Below, piece after piece: positions 17,626 to 26,407 of a stretch of 38,058 nucleotides of DNA. Both the position numbers and the translations under genes were made by a program. Origin of the DNA: Rhodoferax sp. (lineage in GTDB: Bacteria; Pseudomonadota; Gammaproteobacteria; Burkholderiales; Burkholderiaceae_C); NCBI GenBank assembly GCA_017880985.1, contig JADGRK010000001.1, forward strand, positions 1 through 38,058, in the 5' to 3' direction. How positions within the stretch are numbered: position 1 is the stretch's first letter; the number at the start of each line of letters is the position of its first letter. The notes beneath the pieces were generated by a model, which worked only from the letters and a program-made list of their open reading frames with translations, did not search any database and had not been told where the DNA came from.

Positions 17626-18849
17626 ATGAAAATCGTTTGGCGTGAATTGCAGGGTACTCAGCGCGGCTACTACCAGCTTTTGTCTGGCTTGGCACTGGTC
17701 ATCCTGCTGGGTATGGGGGCTGTCCTGTACACCGAGCACCATGGTCACATTGTCACGGGCATGAACAATCAGTTTGTTTGGGGACTGCCCGACGTGTTTT
17801 CCATGTTTTTGATGCTCTCTGCCGCCGGGGCGCTCAGCTTGGCACTGCTGGCTTCGGTCTTCGGCAAAACAGAATTCAAACCGGTGGCACCGTTGTCGGG
17901 GGTGCTGGCCATCGCGCTGCTGATCGCCGGGTTGACGCTGTTGATGCTCGATCTGGGGCGACCTGACCGCGTGATCGTTGCCATGCTGCATTTCAACCCC
18001 AAGTCGGTGTTGGCGTGGAATCTGATGCTTTATTCGGGTTTCGTGGCTTTCGTCGCTCTCTATTTGTGGACCCTGCTTGAGCACCGCATGAATCGCTACA
18101 CGCCGTGGGCGATTTCTTTTGCCTTTATCTGGCGTGTCGCCTTGACCACTGGAACCGGTTCTATTTATGGTTTTCAGGTGTCCCGTCAGGCTTTTGACTC
18201 AGCCCTGCTGGCACCGATGTTCATCGCACTCTCCCTGAGTTACGGTCTGGCGGTATTCGTGCTGGTGTTGATGTTGACCTGCCAGGGCAATGACTGCCCG
18301 TTGGGCGATGCCATGATGGCACGCTTGGCGCGCCTACAAGTGATCTTCATTGCCGTCGGGGCCTACTTTGTGCTGGTCTATCACCTGACCAATCTTTACT
18401 TCACCAAGCACTACGATTTTGAACGGTTTATTTTGTTCGAGGGTGGCATTTACAGCACCTTGTTCTGGTTCGGCGAAGTCTTGCTGGGCAGCATCCTGCC
18501 GCTGGTGCTGCTGCTGCACCCCAGGATTGGTCAAATGCGTCAACGCATCGTCGCAAGCACGGCACTGGTGGTACTAGGTGGTTTCGCCCAGTTGTATGTG
18601 ACCATCATTGGCGGTCAGGCGTTCCCGCTGGTGCTGTTCCCCGGCCGCCAGGTCAGCAGCAGTTTTTACGACGGCGTGGTCAATAGCTACACGCCCTCCC
18701 TGCCCGAGTGGCTGCTCGGCTTTGCCGGCTTGGCCATTGCGGGCCTGATCGTCATGCTTGCGCTCAAATTGTTTGGCTTTCTGCCGGATCGACTCGATGA
18801 CGCGGCGTTTGAAGTGAGTCTGACCACACCAGCAGTTGCTACGATCTGA
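17626..18849 (+). CDS. dsrP: DsrP (NrfD-family membrane protein)
   Basis: TGM..QFVWGLP, DLGRPDR, many TM segments. Confidence 0.92.
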   Translation: MKIVWRELQGTQRGYYQLLSGLALVILLGMGAVLYTEHHGHIVTGMNNQFVWGLPDVFSMFLMLSAAGALSLALLASVFGKTEFKPVAPLSGVLAIALLIAGLTLLMLDLGRPDRVIVAMLHFNPKSVLAWNLMLYSGFVAFVALYLWTLLEHRMNRYTPWAISFAFIWRVALTTGTGSIYGFQVSRQAFDSALLAPMFIALSLSYGLAVFVLVLMLTCQGNDCPLGDAMMARLARLQVIFIAVGAYFVLVYHLTNLYFTKHYDFERFILFEGGIYSTLFWFGEVLLGSILPLVLLLHPRIGQMRQRIVASTALVVLGGFAQLYVTIIGGQAFPLVLFPGRQVSSSFYDGVVNSYTPSLPEWLLGFAGLAIAGLIVMLALKLFGFLPDRLDDAAFEVSLTTPAVATI

Positions 18850-18862
18850 AACGGTGTTGTGC

Positions 18863-20620
18863 ATGTCACGTGTTTTGGTTTCAGCGGCGCATAAATCGTC
18901 CGGCAAGACCACCATTTCGGTGGGTTTGTGTGCGGCACTCAGAGCACAGGGTCTGACGGTACAGCCTTTCAAAAAAGGGCCGGATTACATTGACCCGATG
19001 TGGCTGAGTCAGGCCAGTGGACGCGACTGCTTCAACCTTGACCCTTACCTGATGACGCCTGAGCAGATCAGAGCCTGTTTCACACACCATGACGCGCAAG
19101 CCGACATCAGCATCGTGGAAGGCAATAAAGGCTTGTACGACGGGCTGGCGCTGGACGGCAGCAACAGCAATGCGGCGCTGGCTGAGTTGCTGGAGCTGCC
19201 GGTGGTACTGGTGCTCGATGCGCGCGGCATGACACGTGGCATCGCACCATTGATTCTGGGTTATCAGGCGTTTGATCCACGCATTCGCATTGTTGGTGTC
19301 ATTCTGAATCAATTGGGCGGGGCCCGACACGAATCCAAACTGCGCGCCGTGATCGAGCATTACACCGATGTCGCGGTGCTGGGCGCGATTGCCCAGGACT
19401 CGCGTCTGGCACTGGTGGAGCGCCATCTGGGTCTGATGCCAAATCAGGAGTTCGACGATGCAGCCCAGCACATATTCATGATCGGACAACGCATTGCCGA
19501 GCAGGTTGATTTGGCCAAAATAACGCAATTGGCCGCAAGTGCGACACCTCTGCCCGAATTGTCGCGCTGGATGCCACCAGTTTCCGACATTGTGCCGGTC
19601 GCCCCCAGTCCATCGGTGCGCATAGGGGTGGTTCGCGACAAGGCGTTTGGCTTTTACTACCCGGATGACATGCTGGCATTGCAGGCGGCGGGCGCAGAAT
19701 TGGTTCCGGTCGACGCGCTTAAAGACCCCGGTCTGCCCCCGCTGGATGGTCTGTTTATTGGCGGTGGTTTCCCCGAAGTGTTCATGTCTGAGTTGCAGGC
19801 CAACTCGGCTCTGCGCAACAGCATTCGTAGCGTTATTGAGTCCGGACTGCCAGTGTATGCCGAATGTGGTGGCTTGATGTACCTGGCACGCACGCTACGC
19901 TGGAAAGACACGGTTGCGGATATGGTGGGTGCATTGCCGGTGGATGTCGTAATGCATGAGCGTCCGGTGGGTCGCGGCTATGTGACGTTGCAAGTCACGG
20001 CGGATGCGCCTTGGGCCAGCGCCGCAGGCGATGCCCCACAAACGCTGCGTGGGCACGAGTTTCACTACTCCAGTCTGGAAAATATGTCGCCTGACCTGAA
20101 ATTTGCCTATCGGGTCGTGCGAGGTCATGGCATTGACGGTCAACGCGACGGCATTGTCTGCCGTAATGTGTTGGCTTCTTATGCGCATCTGCGCAGCGGT
20201 GCCGGCTCCGATTGGGCCGGACGCTTTGTTGACTTTGTGCAAAGGCACAAAAGCGCAGGTGGGTTGCCATCAGCGACATCGGTGCGTACCTTGCTGGTCA
20301 ATGGCCAGCCGGTGACGACCGATGTAGAAGGTTATCTGAAAAATCTCGACGAGTGGTCTGAAGACTTTGCGCGCAGCCAAGCGGAATCTGAAAATCTGGT
20401 GTTGACTGAAGCTCATTGGCAAGTCATCAGCTTTTTACGTGCCTATTTTGAAGAGTACCGGGTGCAGGCGCAGGTGCGTGCCATGATCCGGCACTTTTCA
20501 AAGGTTTGGGGACCAGAATTGGGCAATAATCACTATTTACATACGCTTTTCCCGATGGGTGGGCCGCAGAAGCAAGGCAACCGTTTGGCAGGTCTTTTAA
20601 AGACCAAGGGCGAACATTAA
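18863..20620 (+). CDS. dsrN: DsrN siroheme amidase fused to a C-terminal Cys-less DsrC-like domain
   Basis: SSGKTT, FKKGPDYIDP, VEGNKGLYDG, AECGGLMYL, GHEFHYS; from ~20282 a DsrC fold (TDVEGYL, LTEAHWQVI, LFP.GGPQKQ); start moved to ATG 18863. Confidence 0.9.
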   Translation: MSRVLVSAAHKSSGKTTISVGLCAALRAQGLTVQPFKKGPDYIDPMWLSQASGRDCFNLDPYLMTPEQIRACFTHHDAQADISIVEGNKGLYDGLALDGSNSNAALAELLELPVVLVLDARGMTRGIAPLILGYQAFDPRIRIVGVILNQLGGARHESKLRAVIEHYTDVAVLGAIAQDSRLALVERHLGLMPNQEFDDAAQHIFMIGQRIAEQVDLAKITQLAASATPLPELSRWMPPVSDIVPVAPSPSVRIGVVRDKAFGFYYPDDMLALQAAGAELVPVDALKDPGLPPLDGLFIGGGFPEVFMSELQANSALRNSIRSVIESGLPVYAECGGLMYLARTLRWKDTVADMVGALPVDVVMHERPVGRGYVTLQVTADAPWASAAGDAPQTLRGHEFHYSSLENMSPDLKFAYRVVRGHGIDGQRDGIVCRNVLASYAHLRSGAGSDWAGRFVDFVQRHKSAGGLPSATSVRTLLVNGQPVTTDVEGYLKNLDEWSEDFARSQAESENLVLTEAHWQVISFLRAYFEEYRVQAQVRAMIRHFSKVWGPELGNNHYLHTLFPMGGPQKQGNRLAGLLKTKGEH

Positions 20621-20640
20621 TTCACACAAGGAGCTTCACC

Positions 20641-21024
20641 ATGTTTACCTTAACCAGTGCCGCTGCAAAACAAATTCAACAGGCTGCAAGCGCTAGTGGA
20701 GCCCATGAATTGGCACTGCGTGTGGCCGCCAAAATAGATGCTGACGGTGCGCTACAGTACGGCATGGGCTTTGATGATCCCAATGAAGAGGACATGAAAC
20801 TTGACCTCGAAGGCATCTCCGTCGTCATCAACGGCGAGTCCCAAGAGTTGCTGTTTCAGACGGTGCTGGATTTTGTTGAGCTCAATCCAGGCGAGTTCAA
20901 TTTTATTTTCATGGAAAGCAGGCATCCCTCATGTGGTGGCGGTGATGGGGCGGCGAATTCTGGTGTTTGCGGCAGCAAAGGCTGCGGTGGCGGTGGCTGC
21001 GGCAGCAAAGGGGTGTCTCATTGA
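20641..21024 (+). CDS. dsrR: DsrR (IscA-like) with Cys/Gly-rich tail
   Basis: [32 protein letters not shown]; follows dsrN. Confidence 0.88.
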   Translation: MFTLTSAAAKQIQQAASASGAHELALRVAAKIDADGALQYGMGFDDPNEEDMKLDLEGISVVINGESQELLFQTVLDFVELNPGEFNFIFMESRHPSCGGGDGAANSGVCGSKGCGGGGCGSKGVSH

Positions 21025-21812
21025 AGGCCGATGTCACACGCCCCCTAACGGGTGCGGGTCGCGTCTATCTGGTCGGCGCTGGACCGGGTGACCCTGAGTT
21101 ATTGACGCTGCGTGCCGTGCGTCTGCTGCAACAAGCAGATGTGGTTGTCTATGACCATTTGGTTTCAAGCGCAGTGCTTGACTTTGTGTCGCCCACGGCT
21201 GAACGTATTTACGCTGGTAAACGGCGCAACGAACACACCATGCGCCAAGAGCAAATCAACCTGCTGCTTGTCAAACTTGCCGGCAAGGGCAAACAGGTGG
21301 TGCGACTTAAGGGGGGTGACCCGTTTATCTTTGGGCGTGGTGGCGAAGAACTGGAGGCACTGGCAAAACAGGGCATCGCCTTTGAGGTGGTTCCCGGTGT
21401 GACGGCGGCGTCTGGTGTCGCTAGCTACGCGGGCATTCCGCTGACGCACCGCGACTATGCGCAAAGCTGCCTTTTCGTCACCGGTCACCTCAAGGATGGA
21501 ACTGCCGATCTGGACTGGCCGAGTTTGGTCAGACTGCGCCAGACGGTCGTTATCTACATGGGTCTGGGCGGACTGGCCGAAATTTGCCACCAGATGATGC
21601 TACACGGCGCGTCACCCGAGCTTCCGATCGCCGTGGTGCAAGACGGCAGCATTGCCACCCAAAAAGTCGTCGTTGGTACGTTGTCCAATATGTCCGAACG
21701 GGTTGCAAGGGAAAATCTCAAATCTCCTTGCTTGACGATCATCGGTGAGGTTGTCAAATTGCACGATGCGCTGGCGTGGTTCAAGCCGGCAATAACGCTC
21801 ACAACACAGTAG
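21021..21812 (+). CDS. cobA: Uroporphyrinogen-III C-methyltransferase (siroheme synthesis)
   Basis: [38 protein letters not shown]; probable TTG start overlapping the dsrR stop. Confidence 0.93.
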   Translation: MKADVTRPLTGAGRVYLVGAGPGDPELLTLRAVRLLQQADVVVYDHLVSSAVLDFVSPTAERIYAGKRRNEHTMRQEQINLLLVKLAGKGKQVVRLKGGDPFIFGRGGEELEALAKQGIAFEVVPGVTAASGVASYAGIPLTHRDYAQSCLFVTGHLKDGTADLDWPSLVRLRQTVVIYMGLGGLAEICHQMMLHGASPELPIAVVQDGSIATQKVVVGTLSNMSERVARENLKSPCLTIIGEVVKLHDALAWFKPAITLTTQ

Positions 21813-21897
21813 AGTAATGTTTTCTTGAGAGGTTCATCCGTATCTCCATTTCCGGGACAGGTTTGGAGAAAGCGCTAGATTCCGAGGAGGTTGCACT

Positions 21898-22581
21898 ATG
21901 GACTTGCTGAATTTCGCCCGCGGCCCGGCGCTGACCCTCGCCCTCGTCGTCTTTGTGCTGGGTACGCTGTGGCGTCTGGCCGGCGTGCTGCGGCGCCCGC
22001 GCATGCGAGATCTGTCGCCGCCACGCGCGGGCGCGCCGTCCAACCTGATGGGCGCGCTGCGCGCCATCGTGCGCGGCATGTGGCCGCGCAAGGAGTTCGG
22101 TCAGGCCGCGCTGGTCACGACCGTCAACGGCTACGTCTTCCACATTGGCCTGGCGCTGGTGTTTTTCGGCTACGCGCCGCACATCGCGTTCATACGCCGC
22201 ATCACCGGCCTGTCGTGGCCGGCCTTGCCTGACATGGTGATGTACCCCGCCGCTGGCGCCACCATCGTCTCGCTGCTGCTGGCACTGGCATCGCGCTTGA
22301 CCGACCCGGTGCTCAGGAAGATTTCGAACGCTGACGACATGATCACCTGGACCATCACCTTTCTGCCCATCCTCACTGGCATGGCCGTGGTGGGCGAGCC
22401 CTCCGCAGTCATCCTGGCGCGTGACCACGTGATCTACGCTGGCCCGCTGGCCGTGCACCTGCTGACCCTGGAACTGCTGCTGATCTGGTTTCCGTTCGGC
22501 AAGCTGATGCACGCCTTCCTGTTCGCCTTCTCGCGCGCTGCCACCGGCATGCGCTTCAGTCATCGGGGAGTCAAGTTATGA
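21898..22581 (+). CDS. NarI/DsrM-like membrane b cytochrome (second copy)
   Basis: Hydrophobic helices, FHIG, APH, AVH, PFGKLMH; RBS GGAGG. Confidence 0.8.
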   Translation: MDLLNFARGPALTLALVVFVLGTLWRLAGVLRRPRMRDLSPPRAGAPSNLMGALRAIVRGMWPRKEFGQAALVTTVNGYVFHIGLALVFFGYAPHIAFIRRITGLSWPALPDMVMYPAAGATIVSLLLALASRLTDPVLRKISNADDMITWTITFLPILTGMAVVGEPSAVILARDHVIYAGPLAVHLLTLELLLIWFPFGKLMHAFLFAFSRAATGMRFSHRGVKL

Positions 22582-22656
22582 GCGCCACACGGCAGCTCCG
22601 AAGGCGCTCGCTCCCCCTCGGGGGGGAGACCCGCAGGGCCAAGGGGGTCACATGAG
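22578..22656 (+). repeat. GC-rich palindromic insertion flanked by ATGAG direct repeats
   Basis: ATGAG at 22578-22582 and 22652-22656; hairpin ctccccc-tcgg-gggggag at 22611-22628; 25-codon ORF spans it. Confidence 0.6.
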
Positions 22657-23956
22657 TATGGCTGCCACCGCAACATCCACCTTCGACCAGCAGGGCGACC
22701 AGAGCGACGGGGCTCGCGTCGATGCGGCGATGCGCAGCTTCGTGTCCGAGTTCGGTGTCACTGCGGCGTTGCACATGGAATCCTGCGTGCGATGCGGCCT
22801 GTGCGCGCAGGCCTGCCACTTCTACGTGACCACCGGCGATGCCAAGTACACGCCGATTCACAAGCTTGAGCCCTTTCGCCGCGCCTACCTGCGCGAGGCC
22901 AGTCCGTTTGCGCCGCTGGTGCGTGCACTCGCTCTGGTCAAGAAGCCGAGCATCGTCGATTTGCAGCAGTGGCAGGAGCTGCTCTACGACTCCTGCACCA
23001 TGTGCGGCCGCTGCACCCTGGTCTGCCCGATGGGTATCGACATCGCCGAACTGGTGAAGGAAGCCCGCCACGGCATGTTCAAGGCCGGACTGGTCCCGGA
23101 GCGGCTGGCGCTGATGGACCGCACGGCCCGGCAGTGGGGCAGCACCGCGACGCCGGGCGAAGACCTGCCCGACATCCTGGCCGAGGCGGCCAGGGAGCAT
23201 GGGGTTGATATCCCCTGCGATCTGCACAGCGCCGACATCCTGGTCACCGCCGCGTCGGCCGAGCTGGGCGAACACACCAAGGCGCTGGCCGACGCGGCCA
23301 AGATCCTCAATCGCATCGGAGTCAAGTGGACCATGCACCAGGGCGGCTTCGATGCCTCCAACATCGGTTTCAACAATGGCGACCTGGAGTTGCAGGAGCG
23401 GCTCACGCGCGCGCTAGTCGATACCGCGCTGAAGATCGGTGCCAAGACCGTGTTGCTGCCCGAATGCGGCCATGCCTATGGGGCGGCGCGCTGGGAGGCC
23501 GCCAAGTGGTACGGCAGGGCGTTGCCGGTGCGCATCATTCACATGACCGAGTTCCTGGACGAGCTGATTACAACCAAGCGCATTCGCCTCAAAAAGATCG
23601 GCGAGAGCGCGACCTTCCACGACCCCTGCCAGATCGTGCGCCGCGGCGGGCTGGAAGCAGCGGCGCGCCGAGTGCTGGCGGCACTCGGCTTCGAGCTGAT
23701 CGAACTGCAAGACCATGGCGTGACGGGGTATTGCTGCGGTGGCGGTGGCGGTGTGGTGTCGAACCCGCGCGCCGCGCCCTTGCGCCATAAGGTCTTCGAA
23801 ATGAAGCAGCAGCAGATTGAAGCGACTGGCGCCAAGCACTTTGTCACGAGTTGCGGCCAATGCCGTATTACCTTCGAGATGGGGGCCAAATATGCCAACT
23901 GGGACAAACCAACCGAGAGCCTGCTGGAGCTCGTGGCCGACAACCTCGCCGAATGA
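22652..23956 (+). CDS. DsrK/HdrD-like CCG-domain Fe-S oxidoreductase (second copy)
   Basis: CVRCGLCAQAC, CTMCGRCTLVCP, PECGH, FHDPC, CCGGGGG, CGQC. Confidence 0.88.
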   Translation: MSMAATATSTFDQQGDQSDGARVDAAMRSFVSEFGVTAALHMESCVRCGLCAQACHFYVTTGDAKYTPIHKLEPFRRAYLREASPFAPLVRALALVKKPSIVDLQQWQELLYDSCTMCGRCTLVCPMGIDIAELVKEARHGMFKAGLVPERLALMDRTARQWGSTATPGEDLPDILAEAAREHGVDIPCDLHSADILVTAASAELGEHTKALADAAKILNRIGVKWTMHQGGFDASNIGFNNGDLELQERLTRALVDTALKIGAKTVLLPECGHAYGAARWEAAKWYGRALPVRIIHMTEFLDELITTKRIRLKKIGESATFHDPCQIVRRGGLEAAARRVLAALGFELIELQDHGVTGYCCGGGGGVVSNPRAAPLRHKVFEMKQQQIEATGAKHFVTSCGQCRITFEMGAKYANWDKPTESLLELVADNLAE

Positions 23957-24090
23957 GGAACAGTCTGCGCTGTCGCGAAGCAGGTCAATTTCAGCCTGGT
24001 ACGCGCACCAGACATTGTCTGGATCCGAAACCATGAACAAGACTTTGGTGGGCGGATCGACCGTTGGCACAACCTCTTGGCGTGCTCAGC

Positions 24091-24789
24091 TCAGACTTTG
24101 GTCTCTTTCCCGACCGCGTCGATCGCCCTGGCCCCGTCCGGTGAATGTTGGTACTCAAACGAAAATACGGCTGCTTCGACCCGTGACCGCAAATTTAGTT
24201 TGCCCATGATGTGACGCACATGCAATTTGACCGTGTTGTGGCTGATATCAAGCGCCTTGGCAATGACCTTGTTGCTCTGACCACTGGCTACATGCTCAAG
24301 CACCTGGCGCTCGCGTTCGGTGAGCGTGGCCACCAGACTGCCCATGGCAGACCCCTTGGGACCAGACTGGAGAATTTGCGCAAATTTCAGCATCATGGCC
24401 GGGGCCACGACCATCTCGCCACGCGTCACCCGACTGATCGCGTCAATGATTTCTTCGGGCTCCATATCCTTGAGCAGGTAGCCCCGGACTCCGGCCCGCA
24501 GTGCGGCCGACATATCGTCCTCGCTGTCACTCATGGTAAGGATGACGACCGGGATATCGCATCCATCCGCGCGGATCATGCGCAGCACACTTAAACCGTC
24601 GGTTTTTCCCAGACCCAAGTCCAGCACCATCAGGTCGGGCTGGTGTTCGCGCAACATCGACACCACCAGAGCCGGGTCACCGGTGGCCGCCACGACGGAC
24701 ACGCCGCCACGATGATCGAGCAGATCGGTCAGGCCACTGCGACACAGCGCATGATCATCCACCAGCATCACCCGCGGCTTGGCGTTCAT
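24091..24789 (-). CDS. NarL/LuxR-family response regulator
   Basis: LVDDH, phospho-Asp in VLDLGL, GYLLKD, LTERE...GQSNKVIA..L.IS.NTVKLHV. Confidence 0.93.
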   Translation of the reverse strand: MNAKPRVMLVDDHALCRSGLTDLLDHRGGVSVVAATGDPALVVSMLREHQPDLMVLDLGLGKTDGLSVLRMIRADGCDIPVVILTMSDSEDDMSAALRAGVRGYLLKDMEPEEIIDAISRVTRGEMVVAPAMMLKFAQILQSGPKGSAMGSLVATLTERERQVLEHVASGQSNKVIAKALDISHNTVKLHVRHIMGKLNLRSRVEAAVFSFEYQHSPDGARAIDAVGKETKV

Positions 24790-25994
24790 GTGGAGCCCTT
24801 CGCCAACGCAGAACCAAGCGGAAGCACCAGGCGTACCAGGGTGCCACTACCATCATTCCCGCCGACCTCAAGGGTACCGCCCAGGCGCCGAGCGCGGCTC
24901 TGCATAATTTCCAGCCCAAGATGGGTGGATGGCACCAGCTCACGCGCCATGGTCACAATGGTTGACACCGACGGCTCATCCATGCCCAATCCATCGTCCT
25001 CAATCAAAAACTCCAGGCCCTGGGGCGACTTGTCAATGGTCACGACGGCATGCCGGGCCATCGAGTACTTCGCGATGTTGGCCAATGTTTCCTGAACAAT
25101 GTGAAAAACCTGAACCTCCTGTTGGTCAGTCAGGTCCAGCTTGGGGGCCAAATTTTTCAATTCAAGTTCAATGCCGGTTCGGTTAAAAAATCCGTCTGCA
25201 AGGCCCTGAAGTGCGTGCAGCAGTCCCATCGGGTCCATGCGGGTGCGAAAGTATGTCATAACCTCACGCAAGTTGTCATGAACCTCACTCACGGCGCTTT
25301 TGACATCAGAAAAATACTTGAGCGATTTCTGATCGTCGTGCGCCAGTATGGCGTCACTCAACAATGGCAAACGCATCCTTGCGTAAGCCAAGGTCTGCGC
25401 CAGAGCGTCATGCACCTCATTGACCATTTCCTGGCGCTCCTTCATGACCGTCGTGCGCAACCTCTCGCGCTCAATCTTGGCATTATGCAGTGCCTGACCA
25501 AGCAGCTGCCCAATCAGGCGCAACAGCGTCTCCATCGTCGCGTCGACATGTGCTTGGGCATCAAAAAACAAATTGTAAATCCCAAGCACTTGATGCCCGT
25601 AGGGCAGCGATATGGCCAACACACCCCGGCATTGCGCACCAAAATAGACTTGCGTGTGACGTGCGGCGCAAGACGCCACATCGTCCACCCAGCCGATCAC
25701 GTCCTTGCTGACGGCGAGCCCGCACATACCACAATTGGAATCAACCAACTGCTCGGACGCCAGCACATCCGCCGGCAAGCCTTGCTGCGCTACCAAGCGC
25801 ATTGAGTGTCCGTCATCCGTCAGAACCCGTACCGCCCCGGCTTGCGCCCCAGCCAACGCAACAATGGGAATCAAAAAACGCGCCAACAGTGACTCCAGAT
25901 CACCAGGGTTGGCAAGGTCAGTTGTCAATGCGGCGGCGAGCAGATCCGCGTCCACAGAAGTTGCAGAGGTGAGCGTGGCAGAAGTTGAAGACAT
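24786..25994 (-). CDS. Soluble GAF-domain NarX-like (HisKA_3) sensor histidine kinase
   Basis: H-box ERQEMVNEVHDALAQ, QETLANIAKYS, IEDDGLG, HLGLEIM; no TM helix; ATGA overlap with the regulator. Confidence 0.88.
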   Translation of the reverse strand: MSSTSATLTSATSVDADLLAAALTTDLANPGDLESLLARFLIPIVALAGAQAGAVRVLTDDGHSMRLVAQQGLPADVLASEQLVDSNCGMCGLAVSKDVIGWVDDVASCAARHTQVYFGAQCRGVLAISLPYGHQVLGIYNLFFDAQAHVDATMETLLRLIGQLLGQALHNAKIERERLRTTVMKERQEMVNEVHDALAQTLAYARMRLPLLSDAILAHDDQKSLKYFSDVKSAVSEVHDNLREVMTYFRTRMDPMGLLHALQGLADGFFNRTGIELELKNLAPKLDLTDQQEVQVFHIVQETLANIAKYSMARHAVVTIDKSPQGLEFLIEDDGLGMDEPSVSTIVTMARELVPSTHLGLEIMQSRARRLGGTLEVGGNDGSGTLVRLVLPLGSALAKGST

Positions 25995-26071
25995 ATTGGT
26001 TCAATTCAACAATTATCGCAGCGATGACTTAGGGACGAGAAGAGCCCACGGTTCGAAGCTAGAACAGCAGA

Positions 26072-26140
26072 TGCTACCCATTTGGGTTATTACCACTTAC
26101 CCGTGTCGGTTATAGACGGGCCGGGTACCCGTGTATCTAA
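26072..26140. promoter_or_regulatory. Phased TACCCRT operator array between kinase and sat
   Basis: TACCCAT-T-TGGGTTA at 26075, TACCCGT-G-TCGGTTA at 26098, TACCCGT at 26126. Confidence 0.6.
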
Positions 26141-26407
26141 TTGGAACACTTGCACATCCTATCCATCCAGACAGTTTGTGTTTACCCATTTCTTTCATCC
26201 GCCATTGAGAAAAGTATCAACCGCATGTACGTCACTCCGCGTCACGATCAAAGTACCGCAGCATTGGCTGCGGCTGTCGCCAAAACCAGTGGCAACCCCG
26301 GTCACGTGCGCGCTTGCCGTTTTATGGTCAGACAACGCCGGTAGCGTCGACCCAAATGCTGCCAAACCACACACCCAAAAATACTAAACCCAAGAGGAAC
26401 AAACACC

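Noticed and set aside
26141-26155. Sigma-54 promoter (tggaac...ttgc)
   Set aside because: GG-to-GC spacing is 7 nt, not the required 10.
26206-26220. FNR box (ttgag...atcaa)
   Set aside because: Half-site spacing does not match the 4-nt FNR spacer, and the first half-site is imperfect.
26082-26387. 101-aa ORF upstream of sat
   Set aside because: Overlaps the operator array, has no RBS or recognisable motif; probably spurious.
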